A DNA stretch of 64,000 nt from Deltaproteobacteria bacterium (lineage in GTDB: Bacteria > Desulfobacterota > Deferrimicrobia > Deferrimicrobiales > Deferrimicrobiaceae). Every line of letters starts with the position of its first letter. Positions within the stretch are counted from its first letter, which is position 1. The stretch lies in the NCBI GenBank assembly GCA_021815305.1, contig JAKAHC010000004.1:1343-65342 (forward strand), written 5' to 3'. The notes beneath the pieces are model-generated. The model was given only the letters and a program-made list of their open reading frames with translations, was not told the DNA's origin and did not search any database. This document shows, piece by piece, positions 46,390-56,812 of the stretch. A program made the position numbers and the translations under genes.

Positions 46390-46437
46390 AACGCATACCC
46401 CCCTTTCCCCTCCTGGGGAAACCATTACACTGTCTCT

Positions 46438-47505
46438 ATGCAACGTACCAGAGTCACTACCCTCAAGCTCGTGGTGACGACGTTTTTTTGGGGAGGGACG
46501 TTCGTCGCAGGGAAATGGGCGGTTCGCGAGGCCCCTCCCCTCTTCGTCGCATTCCTGCGGTTCGCCATCGCGACGGTCGTCCTCTTCGCATTGATGGCGT
46601 GGAAGGGAAAGCGCGCCGGAGCCCCCTTGAGCGCTTTCACTCCGAAGGGCGGGGCGCAGTGGGCCGGGGTGTTCTCCCTGGGAGCCACCGGCGTGTTCCT
46701 CTACAACTGCCTTTTCCTTACGGGATTATCCTTCACCACCGCAACGAACGGCTCGCTCATCGTGGCGCTCAACCCCCTGCTGACCGCCGTCCTGTCCGCG
46801 TTGTGGCTCAAGGAGAGGATCCGGACGGTCCAGGTGGGTGGGCTCCTCCTGGCGCTCGGCGGCGTGACGATGGTCGTGACGGATGGTTCGGCCGAGGTTC
46901 TCCGCCGCCTTTCGTTCAACCACGGCGATCTCCTGCTGCTCGGGGCTCCCGTGGCGTGGGCGCTCTACACCATTCTCGGCAAGAAGGTCCTTGCATTCCT
47001 CCCGCCGTTGACGGCGACGGCGTACGCCTCCCTCTTCGGGGCGCTTCTCCTCCTCCCCGCCGCGGCGCTCGGCGGCGCGCACCTGTCGGACGCGGCCCGC
47101 CTGACGGCCTACGGCTGGGCCTCGGTGCTCCAGCTGGCGCTTCTCGGAACCGTCGTAGGTTTCGTCTGGTGGTACGACGGGGTGGCGGAGCTGGGCGCGG
47201 CGCGGGCGGCGGTCTTCGTCAACCTCGTTCCCCTCTTCGGCGTGCTGCTCGCGGCTCTCATCCTCTCGGAGCCCCTCGGGACGACGAAAGTCGCGGGAGG
47301 GATCCTCGTCGTGGCCGGGGTGTACGCCGGTTCGCTGGGGAAACGGGACAAGGAGGACGGGCCCGCCGGAAACGGCACGGCCCCTTCCGCTCCAGGCCCG
47401 ATCCGATCCGCCTTCGGGGAGGGGAAGATCCCGGGGCCGGGATCACCCGTCGAGCACTTCGCGAACTTTCCGCGCAAGCGCCTCGGGACGGAAGGGCTTC
47501 CGTAA
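46438..47505 (+). CDS. DMT-superfamily (EamA-like) transporter
   Basis: Ten predicted helices in two EamA repeats (FFWGGTFVAGK..; ..LLGTVVGFVWWYDG). Confidence 0.8.
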   Translation: MQRTRVTTLKLVVTTFFWGGTFVAGKWAVREAPPLFVAFLRFAIATVVLFALMAWKGKRAGAPLSAFTPKGGAQWAGVFSLGATGVFLYNCLFLTGLSFTTATNGSLIVALNPLLTAVLSALWLKERIRTVQVGGLLLALGGVTMVVTDGSAEVLRRLSFNHGDLLLLGAPVAWALYTILGKKVLAFLPPLTATAYASLFGALLLLPAAALGGAHLSDAARLTAYGWASVLQLALLGTVVGFVWWYDGVAELGAARAAVFVNLVPLFGVLLAALILSEPLGTTKVAGGILVVAGVYAGSLGKRDKEDGPAGNGTAPSAPGPIRSAFGEGKIPGPGSPVEHFANFPRKRLGTEGLP

Positions 47506-49731
47506 GAAAGCCGCTCCGGGAGGCAGTTCCTCCCGGCCATTGCCGGTATCTTCCATGTACCCGGACATGTAGAGGGTCTTCATCCCGGGGCGGATCTTCG
47601 CCAAACGCCTCGCGAGCTCGAACCCGGGCATATGGGGCATCGCGACGTCCGTCACCAGCAGGTGGATTTCGCCTGCGTACGTGCTTCCGGTCTCGAGGGA
47701 TTCTCTCCCGTCGCGCGCCTCCACCACCTTGTACCCCTTGGCCGCAAGGATGGACCGGACCAGGTCGCGGACCAGGTCCCCGTCTTCCGCCAGCAGAATG
47801 GTTTCCGAGCCGGCCCAGTCTTCCGCCGGGCGTTTCCCGGAGATGCGAAGTTCCTCCGACGGCGCTTCTTCCCTGGGGAAACAGACCGTAAACACCGTGC
47901 CCCTCCCGACCTCGCTGTCGACGAAGATGCGCCCCCGGCTTTCCTTGACGATCCCGTGCACGGTCGACAGGCCGAGCCCCGTCCCTTTCCCGGGGGGCTT
48001 GGTCGTGAAGAACGGCTCGAAGATGCGGGACCGGACCGACTCGTCGATTCCGCTCCCCGTATCGCTTACCCGTAACATCACGTACTCCCCGGGTTCCTCG
48101 ATGTGATGCGGCCCCGCGGCCGCGGAGACGCCGTCGACGACCCGGTTCGCCGTATCGATCGTGATTTCCCCGCCGGAAGGCATCGCGTCCCTGGCGTTTA
48201 CGACCAGGTTGACCACCACCTGCTCGATCTGCCCGGGGTCGATCCTCACGTTCCACAGGTCCTCCGCCGGGTTCACGGTCAGGACGACGTCCGCCCCGAT
48301 CAGCCGCGGAAGCATCATGTCCATTCCCGAAAGGATCTTGTTGAGGTTTACCACCTTCGGCTCGACGATCTGCTTGCGGCTGAACGTCAGGAGGCGGTTG
48401 ACGAGATGCGAGGCGCGCTCCCCGGCATCGTAGATCCCTTCGACCCGCTTCCGGACGGGATCGTCCGCTCCGAGTTCCTGAAGCAGGATCTGGCTGTACC
48501 CGTTGATGACCGTCAGGATGTTGTTGAAGTCGTGTGCGATCCCCCCGGTGAGTTTCCCCACGGTTTCCACTTTCTGCAACTGGCGGACCTGCTCCTCCGC
48601 CTGTTTCCGCTCGGCAATCTCCCTTTCCAGCCGCTGGTTCGTTTCCGTAAGGTCACGGAACTGCTTGCCCAGATGCTCCGCCATCGTGTTGAACGACAGG
48701 GCCAGTTCCTCGAACTCGTCCCCGCTCCCGATTTCGACCCGGCTGTCGAAATCGCCCCCGCGGATGCGCCGGGTTCCGTTCGCCAGCACGGCGAGCGGAG
48801 CGACGTTCCTGCGGATCTGCATGTGGGCGAACAGGCCGGCGACCAGCATGATGAGCGCGATCGACAGGAGAAGCACCCGCGTGAAATGTTTCGCCACGGC
48901 GAACGCTTCCGACTCGGGCTGGCTGATCACCACCGTCCAGTCGTCGGAAAGAAAGACCGGCCTGAGAAATACCGCGGCGTGGCCGATCAGCGTCGCTTCC
49001 GCTCCCGTTCCCCATTCGAAGGTCCCGGCGGGCCCATGGCGCCGTTCCCGTTCGATCCGCTTGAGGAGCGCAACCGGCACCGGCAGTGCCCCGGTCCGGA
49101 ACAGCGGCGCTCCTTCCCCGGGCGGAAGCACTGCGACCTCCGACACCGGAGGGACGGTCTCCCGCACCCGGTTCCACAGGTAGTCCGCGTTCACTTCGCA
49201 GGAAAGCGTGTCCTCCCGGGGGCCGTTCCCGCCGATCGCACGGGCGAGAAAAATCCGGGAAGATCCGCCGGGATCTTGCCGAAGATAAACCACGCTCTTC
49301 CCGGCGGCGAGGTGGCGGCGCGATGCGTCGGTTTGGGAAAGGGGAGGGCACGGATTTCCGAACAGCACTTCCGGCGGGGAGCCTTTGCGGAAACGCGTCA
49401 CCCCGAGGAGATGTCCGTTGCGCAACAACCGGTTCCATTCCGGGGGCCGGCGGAGGGAGCGTGCCGCCCCCTCTTCCAGGAAGCCGGCCGCGAGTTTCAC
49501 CTCGGTTTCCACGGTATCGAACCCGTTGTGGACCGACACGACGACCGCGCGGCCCTGGAGGCGCATCCGCCACATCGTTTCCTGGCGGAACCTGTCTTCC
49601 ATCTTCCGAAGCGAGAGGTAACCGAAGACGGCGCCGGGAGCCACGATGCAAAGGGCGAGCACGAGGAGGATCCGGCGCTCGAAAGAAGGGCGAAGACGGG
49701 GAAAGCGCAGTAGGAGGCGACTACGGGTCAT
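47443..49731 (-). CDS. Hybrid sensor histidine kinase / response regulator
   Basis: Two TM helices flank a periplasmic domain of about 250 aa. HAMP, HisKA (GGIAHDFNNIL), HATPase (DTGSGI..GTGLGLS) and a C-terminal receiver (LLAEDGD..LVTDVAMP) follow. Confidence 0.85.
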   Translation of the reverse strand: MTRSRLLLRFPRLRPSFERRILLVLALCIVAPGAVFGYLSLRKMEDRFRQETMWRMRLQGRAVVVSVHNGFDTVETEVKLAAGFLEEGAARSLRRPPEWNRLLRNGHLLGVTRFRKGSPPEVLFGNPCPPLSQTDASRRHLAAGKSVVYLRQDPGGSSRIFLARAIGGNGPREDTLSCEVNADYLWNRVRETVPPVSEVAVLPPGEGAPLFRTGALPVPVALLKRIERERRHGPAGTFEWGTGAEATLIGHAAVFLRPVFLSDDWTVVISQPESEAFAVAKHFTRVLLLSIALIMLVAGLFAHMQIRRNVAPLAVLANGTRRIRGGDFDSRVEIGSGDEFEELALSFNTMAEHLGKQFRDLTETNQRLEREIAERKQAEEQVRQLQKVETVGKLTGGIAHDFNNILTVINGYSQILLQELGADDPVRKRVEGIYDAGERASHLVNRLLTFSRKQIVEPKVVNLNKILSGMDMMLPRLIGADVVLTVNPAEDLWNVRIDPGQIEQVVVNLVVNARDAMPSGGEITIDTANRVVDGVSAAAGPHHIEEPGEYVMLRVSDTGSGIDESVRSRIFEPFFTTKPPGKGTGLGLSTVHGIVKESRGRIFVDSEVGRGTVFTVCFPREEAPSEELRISGKRPAEDWAGSETILLAEDGDLVRDLVRSILAAKGYKVVEARDGRESLETGSTYAGEIHLLVTDVAMPHMPGFELARRLAKIRPGMKTLYMSGYMEDTGNGREELPPGAAFLRKPFRPEALARKVREVLDG

Positions 49732-50191
49732 ACGCCGACGCTTTGCCGATGAAGGCGCCGTCGTTGGCGCGAAGGATGTCGTCCCTGCTCGGCGCGGCGG
49801 TCAGGGCCCGCCGGGTCTGCCCGTCGGGACCCATGCTGTACAGGTCGAAATCCGAATTGATGGGATGCAGGTTGTGGTCCTTGCGCGAACCGTTCAGGTT
49901 TTCGGGTCGCCCGTAGAGGGGCAGATAGCGGTAAGGATTCCCCCAGGGATCGATCAGCGGCAATACGTTGCCGAAGTTGATGGAGGCCAGGTCGGCGGGC
50001 AGGGCGGTGGGATCTTCCAGCATGATCGACTGGAGTCTCGAGGCGATGGTCTGGATGTCGGAGACGGCGGTCGCTTCCTTGTTCTTCTCGAGGTAGTGCA
50101 GGACGTTGGGGACGGCGATCGCGGCAACGATTCCGACGATGAGGATGAGGATCGAGATCTCGACGAGGGTGAATCCCCGCGCGCCCCGCAT
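49721..50191 (-). CDS. gspG: Type II secretion major pseudopilin GspG-like protein
   Basis: Prepilin leader and methylation motif GFTLVEISILILIVGI, and the GspG hallmark DPWGNPYRY. Confidence 0.7.
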   Translation of the reverse strand: MRGARGFTLVEISILILIVGIVAAIAVPNVLHYLEKNKEATAVSDIQTIASRLQSIMLEDPTALPADLASINFGNVLPLIDPWGNPYRYLPLYGRPENLNGSRKDHNLHPINSDFDLYSMGPDGQTRRALTAAPSRDDILRANDGAFIGKASAYDP

Positions 50192-50477
50192 GCGCCGCAG
50201 CGCGCGACCTCGCTCCCGTCCCCGCAGACCGGCTCCCTTGCACACCGGATCCCCCCTGAATTCCCGCTCCTGCTTCGCCTACCCCGCTTCTTTGCGTATC
50301 GGAAGAGCAGGCAAGAAAATGCACAGGGAAAATCCGTCTGCGGGAGAACGCCCCAAGGCGGGACCGGGGGACCTGCGGGCGCGGCCGGCGCAACCGGCGG
50401 CGGCTTTTCCCGGCGGGCGAACGGAGGCGCGGGGAAGGGGAGGTCCGCCACCGCCCCTTCCCCGATCGCTCGCCCCC

Positions 50478-51008
50478 TTACTTCACCGTGTCGTGGAAGG
50501 TGGCGGTTCCGGTCTTTCCTCCCGATTCGATCTCCACATTGAAGGTGTACTTCCCGGGCTTCGGCAGGTCGACATCCGCCCCGAAGTGCCCCTGCATGGC
50601 CATGAAATCCGTCGTCGCCATGCTCTTGTCCGGTCCGATCACCGTGACCTTCCCTTTCCCCTCGGTGACATGTTTCTTCGTCCCGGGATCGGTCAGCGAC
50701 AACGCGATGTGGTGGGAATTCGCCATGGCCCCCTGCATCTTCATCCCGGAGGCCTCCATCTGCGCCTTCATGTCCATGATGCGAGCCTCGCCGCGCCACG
50801 GTCCGATCCTGCCGGAGAAGATCCTTTTGCCCATCCTCATCATGCCGTGGCCGCCCTGCATCCCCTGCCCCTGCATCATCATCGTTCCATGCCCTTCCAT
50901 CTTCATCCCCGGCATGCCTTGATGGCCCGTCTCCGCGGACAGGGCCGGCGCCGCCAGGGCAAGGACCGACAACACCGCCGAACACATGACCCGCTTCCTC
51001 ATTCCCAT
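50478..51008 (-). CDS. Secreted Met/His-rich putative periplasmic metal-binding protein
   Basis: Signal peptide, then MPGMKMEGHGTMMMQGQGMQGGHGMMRMG (Met/His/Gly repeats), then a beta-rich C-terminal domain of about 80 aa. Confidence 0.6.
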   Translation of the reverse strand: MGMRKRVMCSAVLSVLALAAPALSAETGHQGMPGMKMEGHGTMMMQGQGMQGGHGMMRMGKRIFSGRIGPWRGEARIMDMKAQMEASGMKMQGAMANSHHIALSLTDPGTKKHVTEGKGKVTVIGPDKSMATTDFMAMQGHFGADVDLPKPGKYTFNVEIESGGKTGTATFHDTVK

Positions 51009-51041
51009 GATGTTGCTCCTTTCTTCCGTCGGTTTCCCGCG

Positions 51042-51929
51042 TCAATCCCGTACGACTTCTTTCGGGATCCACTGCCGGTCTTCGCTTGCCTTCCTTCCCT
51101 TGCCGTCCCTTACCGTGAACCGGACCCGGTATCGCCCCTTCGGGTCGAAGGCGATTTTCGGATCGGGGCGGAACTCCACGCTCATTCCGAACGCCGTGGA
51201 GTAGGCGTTCCCCGGGTACGGCGCAGCGGCTCCTTGGGGGTAGAAGGAGACCTCCTCCACGAACACGGGACGGTCGAACAGGACCGACAACACCGTCGGC
51301 GCGCTCCCCTTGGTGTCCGCGACGGCGAGCAGCCCGAGCGCCCGGGGGCTGCCGGGATCGACCGCCCGCGCCCCGGCAGCCCGGCCGGCGAAATGCACCG
51401 TCCCCCGGGCGTCGGTCAGGTCTACCGGTGAAACGCTTCCGAATTGCGCCACTGTGAGCGCCACGCTTGTCGCCGCCCTTTGCCCATCCTTCGCCGACAG
51501 CGAGGCCGCGCGGAAGGTTCCCCCCACGCGGACCCATGTCTTCCCTCCTTCGTGCACAAGCGACAGAAGGTCGGATCCTTTCGGGAACGGAAGCGCCACC
51601 TCCCTGTCGAACTCCTCCTGGTCGATTCCGCGAACTACCGTCCGCACGGTGAGATACTCCTGCTTCCCCGGCGCGGCGGAGAAGATGGGAACCGGCAGAT
51701 ATTGTCCCGGCGCCTTCGCGGACGGGAAGTAGGCGACCGTGGCGTAGGACGAAGCCGGCGCCAGCATCGGAGGCAGCGCGCCGAATTCGGCGTCGAAGGC
51801 CTTCGTGGTGCGGACCGGGCGTTTCTCCGGCTCCGACGGTGACGAAGACGCGGGCATCGTCATGACGACAAGCAGCGCGGCCGCAGCCAGGCCGATGGCA
51901 CGCGGCGTGTACGCGGTACGGCTTCGCAT
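51042..51929 (-). CDS. Secreted hypothetical protein
   Basis: N-terminal signal-like hydrophobic segment. 295 aa. No recognised motif. Confidence 0.5.
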   Translation of the reverse strand: MRSRTAYTPRAIGLAAAALLVVMTMPASSSPSEPEKRPVRTTKAFDAEFGALPPMLAPASSYATVAYFPSAKAPGQYLPVPIFSAAPGKQEYLTVRTVVRGIDQEEFDREVALPFPKGSDLLSLVHEGGKTWVRVGGTFRAASLSAKDGQRAATSVALTVAQFGSVSPVDLTDARGTVHFAGRAAGARAVDPGSPRALGLLAVADTKGSAPTVLSVLFDRPVFVEEVSFYPQGAAAPYPGNAYSTAFGMSVEFRPDPKIAFDPKGRYRVRFTVRDGKGRKASEDRQWIPKEVVRD

Positions 51930-51950
51930 GGCCCCTCCGTTTCTCCCCTT

Positions 51951-54900
51951 CTACGGCGCCGTTCCGTCTCCATCGAGCGAAGTCGGCATCGCTTCGCCCT
52001 TCCGCAGTTCCCGCTCCCGCAGCCACAGGAAGATGACCGGCGTCACGATCAGGACGTGCAGCAGCGACGACACCATCCCGCCGAGCACCGGGGTGGCCAA
52101 CGGCTTCATCACTTCGGATCCGGTCCGCGTGCTCCAAAAGATCGGCAACAGCCCCGCCACGACCGTGGAAACCGTCATGACCTTGGGCCGCAGCCGCAAC
52201 AACGCCCCGTCCACGACCGCCTCCCGGAGGTTCTCCAGGGTCAGGCGTCCGTCCCGCTTCTTGACGCGCTCCACCGCTTCCTCGAGATAGATCACCATCA
52301 CGACGCCGGTCTGGACCGCCGTCCCGAAGAGGGCGATGAACCCGACCCACACGGCGACCGAAAAGTTGTATCCCATGAAGTAAAGGAGGTAGACCCCTCC
52401 GGTGAGAGCGAACGGCACGGCCAGGATCACGTGGAGCGCCTCCTTGACGGAGTGGTATACCATCACCAGCATCACGAAGATGATGAGGAACACCAGGGGC
52501 ACGACCACCATGAGGGTCTTCTTCGCCCGGATCTGGTTTTCGTACTGTCCCGACCATTCGAGGAAGTATCCCGGAGGAAGTTTCATGTTCTTCTCCAGGA
52601 AGGCCTTCGCTTCGTCGACAAATCCCCCCATGTCGCGTCCGCGGACGTTGAGGAAGACGACCGACCGCAGGAACGAGTTCTCCGAGGAGATCATGGCCGG
52701 GCCCGGAGCGACCGAGATCTTCGCCACCTGGCCCAGGGTTACGAACCCCGGCGCCGTCGATCCCATGGAACGGCCTCCGGAGGCCGCCGGGGCGGCGCCG
52801 CCTCCGCCCATGCCGCCGCCTCCGCCCATGCCGCCGCCGGCGGATGGCGGACCTGCGGCCGTAGGCGCCGTGGCGGCCGTCACGACGGCACCTCGAGGGA
52901 TGGGGATCCGCTTGATGCTTTCGATGTCTTGCCGGTAGTCCCAAAGGAACCGAACCTGCACCGGGAACCGCTGCCGCCCCTCGACGGTCCGGGTGACGGT
53001 GGCGCCTCCCAGGGCCGTCTCGATCACGTCGTTGATGTCGTCGACGTTCAGGCCGTACCGCGCCGCCGCCTCCCTGTCGGGCTCGATGTCGAGATACGTC
53101 CCCCCGAGCGTCCGCTCCGCCACGACGTCGACCGCCCCAGGCACCTTTTTCAGGATCTCCCCCGCCTCCACGGCCAGTCGGGAGAGCTTGTCGAGGTCGT
53201 CCCCGTAGATCTTCACCCCGAGGTCGGTCCGCACGCCGGTGGAGAGCATGTTGATCCGGTTGATGATCGGCATCGTCCAGCCGTTGCCCACCCCCGGGAT
53301 CTGCAGCTTCGCGTTGAGCTCGCCGATCAGCTTGTCCTGGGTCATCCCCGGGCGCCACTTCTGCGGGGGCTTGAGCAGGATGATCGTTTCGAACATCGAC
53401 ACCGGCGACGGGTCGGTGGAGGTTTCCGCGCGTCCCACCTTCCCGAGGACGTAGGAGACCTCCGGGGTGTCCTTGATGATCCTGTCCTGGACCGTAACGA
53501 GGCGCTTGGCCTCGTTGATGGAGATATTGGGAAGCGTCACCGGCATGAAGAGGAGGCTCCCCTCGTTCAACGGCGGCATGAACTCCTTCCCGATCCTCGT
53601 CGTCAGGAACACCGCCACCGAGAAGAGAGCCAGGGCGATCGCCACCGTTTTCTTGCGGTTGTCGAGGGCGAAGGAGAGCGCCGGCTTGTAGACCTTCATC
53701 AGGCGCCTCATCGTCTTGTTGTCCTCTTCCTTGTGGAGCTTGCCGCGGATGAGGAAGGAGCAGAGCACCGGAACGAGGGTCACGGCGATGATCGTCGACC
53801 CCACCATGGCGAAGCTCTTCGTGAAGGCCAGGGGGTGGAACATCTTCCCCTCCTGCCCGGTGAGGGCGAAGACGGGCACGAAGGCCAGGATGATGATCGC
53901 CATGGCGTAGAAGATGGGCCGTCCCACGAGGTGGGCCGCCTCTTCCGTGATGGAGAGGATGTTCTTTTCGTACCCTTCGCCCGCCCGCTCCGCGTGGCGG
54001 ATGACGTTCTCCGTCATCACGATGCCGGCGTCGACCAGCACCCCGATCGCGATCGCGATTCCCCCCAGGCTCATGATGTTGGAGTTCAAGCCGACGTAAT
54101 GCATGAAGATGAAGGAAACGAGAATCGCCAGGGGCAGCGGGGCCGTCACGATGAGGATGGAACGGAAATGCCACAGGAAGATGATGTGGGCGAGAGTGAC
54201 CAGGATCACTTCCTCGACGAGGGCGTGCTTCAGGGTGTCGATGGCCCGCTCGATGAGGTCGCTCCGGTCGTAGGCGGTGGTGATCGTCACCCCCTTCGGC
54301 AGGCCGGGGGTGAGATCCTTGAGCTTCTCCTTCACGCCGTCGATGACCTTCTTCGCGTTCTCGCCGGACCGCATGACGATGATTCCGCCGACGACCTCGC
54401 CTTCGCCGTTTTCCTCCAGGAGCCCCCGCCGGCTGGCCCCTCCCATCTGCACCACGCCCAGGTCCTTGACGTAGATGGGGGTTCCCGAAAGCGAGGTCGC
54501 CACCACGATGTTCTCCACGTCTTCCTTGCCCCGGAGGTATCCCCGCCCCCGGACCTGGTACTCCATCGAGTTGCCCTCGATGACGTTGCCGCCCACCTCG
54601 CGGTTGGACCGGGAAACCGCGGCCGTCACGGCTCCGACGGGTACGCGGTACGCAAGGAGTTTCACCGGGTCGAGATCGATCTGGTACTGCTTCACGAACC
54701 CGCCGATGGAAGCCACTTCCGCCACTCCCGGCACCGCCTGGAGGGGGTAGCGCAGGTACCAGTCCTGTATGGCGCGAAGCTCCCCGAGGTCGTACTTGTC
54801 GCTCTTCAGCGTGTACCAGAAGACGTGCCCCACCCCGGTGCCGTCGGGGCCCAGGACGGGGGTCACCCCCCTGGGCAGCTGGTCCCCGAGCTGGTTCAGC

Positions 54901-55238
54901 CGCTCCAGCACACGGCTGCGCGCCCAGTAGAGGTCCACCGAATCCTCGAAGATGACGTAGATCATCGAGGCGCCGAACATCGTCGTGGACCGCACGGCGC
55001 GCACGTAAGGGAGCCCCTGGAGGTTGGTGGCCAGGGGATACGTCACCTGGTCCTCGATGATCTTCGGGGAGCGCCCTTCCCACATCGTGTAGACGATGAC
55101 CTGGTTGTCGGAGAGGTCGGGAATGGCGTCGACCGGGGTGCGAAGCAGCGCCCAGATCCCCCACAGGAGGACCACGAGGGCCCCGAGGATCGTCAGGAAC
55201 CGGTTCCGAAGGCACGCCGAGATGATCCGGTTGATCAT
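51951..55238 (-). CDS. cusA: Heavy-metal efflux RND pump (CusA/CzcA family)
   Basis: 1095 aa with twelve-TM RND topology and a family-typical N-terminus ([27 protein letters not shown]). A Gly/Met-rich insertion ([14 protein letters not shown]) sits in the periplasmic domain. Confidence 0.9.
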   Translation of the reverse strand: MINRIISACLRNRFLTILGALVVLLWGIWALLRTPVDAIPDLSDNQVIVYTMWEGRSPKIIEDQVTYPLATNLQGLPYVRAVRSTTMFGASMIYVIFEDSVDLYWARSRVLERLNQLGDQLPRGVTPVLGPDGTGVGHVFWYTLKSDKYDLGELRAIQDWYLRYPLQAVPGVAEVASIGGFVKQYQIDLDPVKLLAYRVPVGAVTAAVSRSNREVGGNVIEGNSMEYQVRGRGYLRGKEDVENIVVATSLSGTPIYVKDLGVVQMGGASRRGLLEENGEGEVVGGIIVMRSGENAKKVIDGVKEKLKDLTPGLPKGVTITTAYDRSDLIERAIDTLKHALVEEVILVTLAHIIFLWHFRSILIVTAPLPLAILVSFIFMHYVGLNSNIMSLGGIAIAIGVLVDAGIVMTENVIRHAERAGEGYEKNILSITEEAAHLVGRPIFYAMAIIILAFVPVFALTGQEGKMFHPLAFTKSFAMVGSTIIAVTLVPVLCSFLIRGKLHKEEDNKTMRRLMKVYKPALSFALDNRKKTVAIALALFSVAVFLTTRIGKEFMPPLNEGSLLFMPVTLPNISINEAKRLVTVQDRIIKDTPEVSYVLGKVGRAETSTDPSPVSMFETIILLKPPQKWRPGMTQDKLIGELNAKLQIPGVGNGWTMPIINRINMLSTGVRTDLGVKIYGDDLDKLSRLAVEAGEILKKVPGAVDVVAERTLGGTYLDIEPDREAAARYGLNVDDINDVIETALGGATVTRTVEGRQRFPVQVRFLWDYRQDIESIKRIPIPRGAVVTAATAPTAAGPPSAGGGMGGGGGMGGGGAAPAASGGRSMGSTAPGFVTLGQVAKISVAPGPAMISSENSFLRSVVFLNVRGRDMGGFVDEAKAFLEKNMKLPPGYFLEWSGQYENQIRAKKTLMVVVPLVFLIIFVMLVMVYHSVKEALHVILAVPFALTGGVYLLYFMGYNFSVAVWVGFIALFGTAVQTGVVMVIYLEEAVERVKKRDGRLTLENLREAVVDGALLRLRPKVMTVSTVVAGLLPIFWSTRTGSEVMKPLATPVLGGMVSSLLHVLIVTPVIFLWLRERELRKGEAMPTSLDGDGTAP

Positions 55239-56812
55239 CGCCCGGGCCGTCCCTGCTCCCCGCCGTGGCCGGTGTGGTCACCGGTTGCGGCTCCGTTCGG
55301 CGGCTTCGTTGCGGGCGCGACGGCGCCCGGGGAGGAGGCCTTCCCGGGTTCCGACGCGCCGTGCCCCGCATGGGGGTCGGAAGAACCGCCCTTGAGCTGG
55401 CTCTCGGAATCGATGAGGAAGCCGGCGGAAGTCACCACCGAATCGCCCGCCTTCAGGCCGGAGAGCACCTCGTAATATCCGTCGGACTTGTCCCCCACCC
55501 GGACCGTCCGCGGCTCGAACGTGTTCGGGGAAACCTCGATCCACGCGACGGATCGCTCGCCCGTGACGAGCACCGCGGAGTCGGGGACCGCGAGCACTTT
55601 CCCCTTCCTCCCCCGGAAGGCGACGTTCACGAACATGTCGGGCTTGAGGATCCCGCCCGGGTTGGGCAGATCCACCCGGACCTTGACGGTGCGGGTCTCC
55701 GGGTTGAGGAACGGCTCGACGAATGCGGCCCGCCCGCGGAACTTCTTGCCCGGATACGCCTCCGTCGTCACGACCGCGGGCGTTCCCACCGGGACCTTGT
55801 GGATCTCCGGCTCGTAGATTTCCGCCTGCACCCAGATCCGGTCGAGGTCGGCGATGGAGTAGAGGGGCGTCCCCTCGCCCACGTACTGGCCCGCCGTCAC
55901 GAGCCGCTCCGTGACGGTCCCCGAGGCCGGCGCGAAGACGGTGAAGACGATCCTCGGCTCCTTCGTCCGTTCGAGATCCGCGATCTGCCCGTCGGTGACG
56001 CCCCAGAGCTTGAGGCGCGTCCGGGCCGCCCGGACGAGCCCGGAAGACATCTGCCGGGTGTCCTCGTACGGACTGTCCTTCATGCGCTCCACGCCCGCAA
56101 GGGCCAGGAGGTATTCCTTTTGCGTGGAGACGAGCTCCGGGGAGTAGATTTCCAGGAGCGGTTGCCCCTTGACGACCCTCGCGCCCGTGAAATCGACGTA
56201 CAGTTTCTCGACCCGTCCCCCGATCCGGGCGGAGACCCTTGCGATCTTCCGTTCGTCCCACGACACCTTTCCCACCGCGAGAGTGTCAAGAAAGAATTCC
56301 CTCCACGCTGCCTTGTACGTCGCCACGTTGGCCATGAGCCGCTGGGTGGGGTTCATCGACACCATTCCGAGGACCTGCGCCTCCGCGGAGGATGGCGCCC
56401 CCTGCTTGCCCGCCCCCTGTGCCTCGTCCGCATACACCGGCACGCGTTCCATCCCCATCGGCGACTTGCCGGGGTGGTCGCTCCGATCGCCGGGGATCAT
56501 CGGGTCCGTCCAGTACAGGATCTTCCGTCCGCCCTTTTCCGCGGCGGCTTCGGCGGGGGCCGCGGCCACCGTCTTCATCACGAGCGTCATCCCGCAGATC
56601 GGGCATGCCCCCGGTTTGTCGGAGACGATGAAGGGGTGCATCGGGCAGGTGTACACCGTTTTTTCGGACTTCGCCGAGCCGGCGGCGTGCGGGAAAAACA
56701 GCGCGTGGAACGACGGCACCTTGTAGAAAGCGAGGGCGCCCGCCAAGGCCAGGACCAGGACCGCCGCCGCGATGTAGTAGGGCACCCGGGGTTTCTTCGT
56801 CTCGTCGCTCAT
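55235..56812 (-). CDS. cusB: RND efflux membrane-fusion (periplasmic adaptor) protein with N-terminal CPMHP / CPxCGM metal-binding domain
   Basis: [22 protein letters not shown], followed by biotinyl-lipoyl, beta-barrel and MP domains. The ATG overlaps the upstream stop. Confidence 0.85.
   Translation of the reverse strand: MSDETKKPRVPYYIAAAVLVLALAGALAFYKVPSFHALFFPHAAGSAKSEKTVYTCPMHPFIVSDKPGACPICGMTLVMKTVAAAPAEAAAEKGGRKILYWTDPMIPGDRSDHPGKSPMGMERVPVYADEAQGAGKQGAPSSAEAQVLGMVSMNPTQRLMANVATYKAAWREFFLDTLAVGKVSWDERKIARVSARIGGRVEKLYVDFTGARVVKGQPLLEIYSPELVSTQKEYLLALAGVERMKDSPYEDTRQMSSGLVRAARTRLKLWGVTDGQIADLERTKEPRIVFTVFAPASGTVTERLVTAGQYVGEGTPLYSIADLDRIWVQAEIYEPEIHKVPVGTPAVVTTEAYPGKKFRGRAAFVEPFLNPETRTVKVRVDLPNPGGILKPDMFVNVAFRGRKGKVLAVPDSAVLVTGERSVAWIEVSPNTFEPRTVRVGDKSDGYYEVLSGLKAGDSVVTSAGFLIDSESQLKGGSSDPHAGHGASEPGKASSPGAVAPATKPPNGAATGDHTGHGGEQGRPGR

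Noticed and set aside
50411-50443. GGGGAAGGGG...CCCCTTCCCC hairpin after the Met-rich protein gene, as an intrinsic terminator
   Set aside because: It is a perfect 10-bp stem but lacks any downstream U-tract on the transcribed strand. It was noted only as a possible structure and not called.
49954-55371. 1805-aa minus-strand ORF and 1139-aa plus-strand ORF across the RND pump region
   Set aside because: Out-of-frame or antisense to the CusA-family gene, with low-complexity Arg/Gly/Pro translations.
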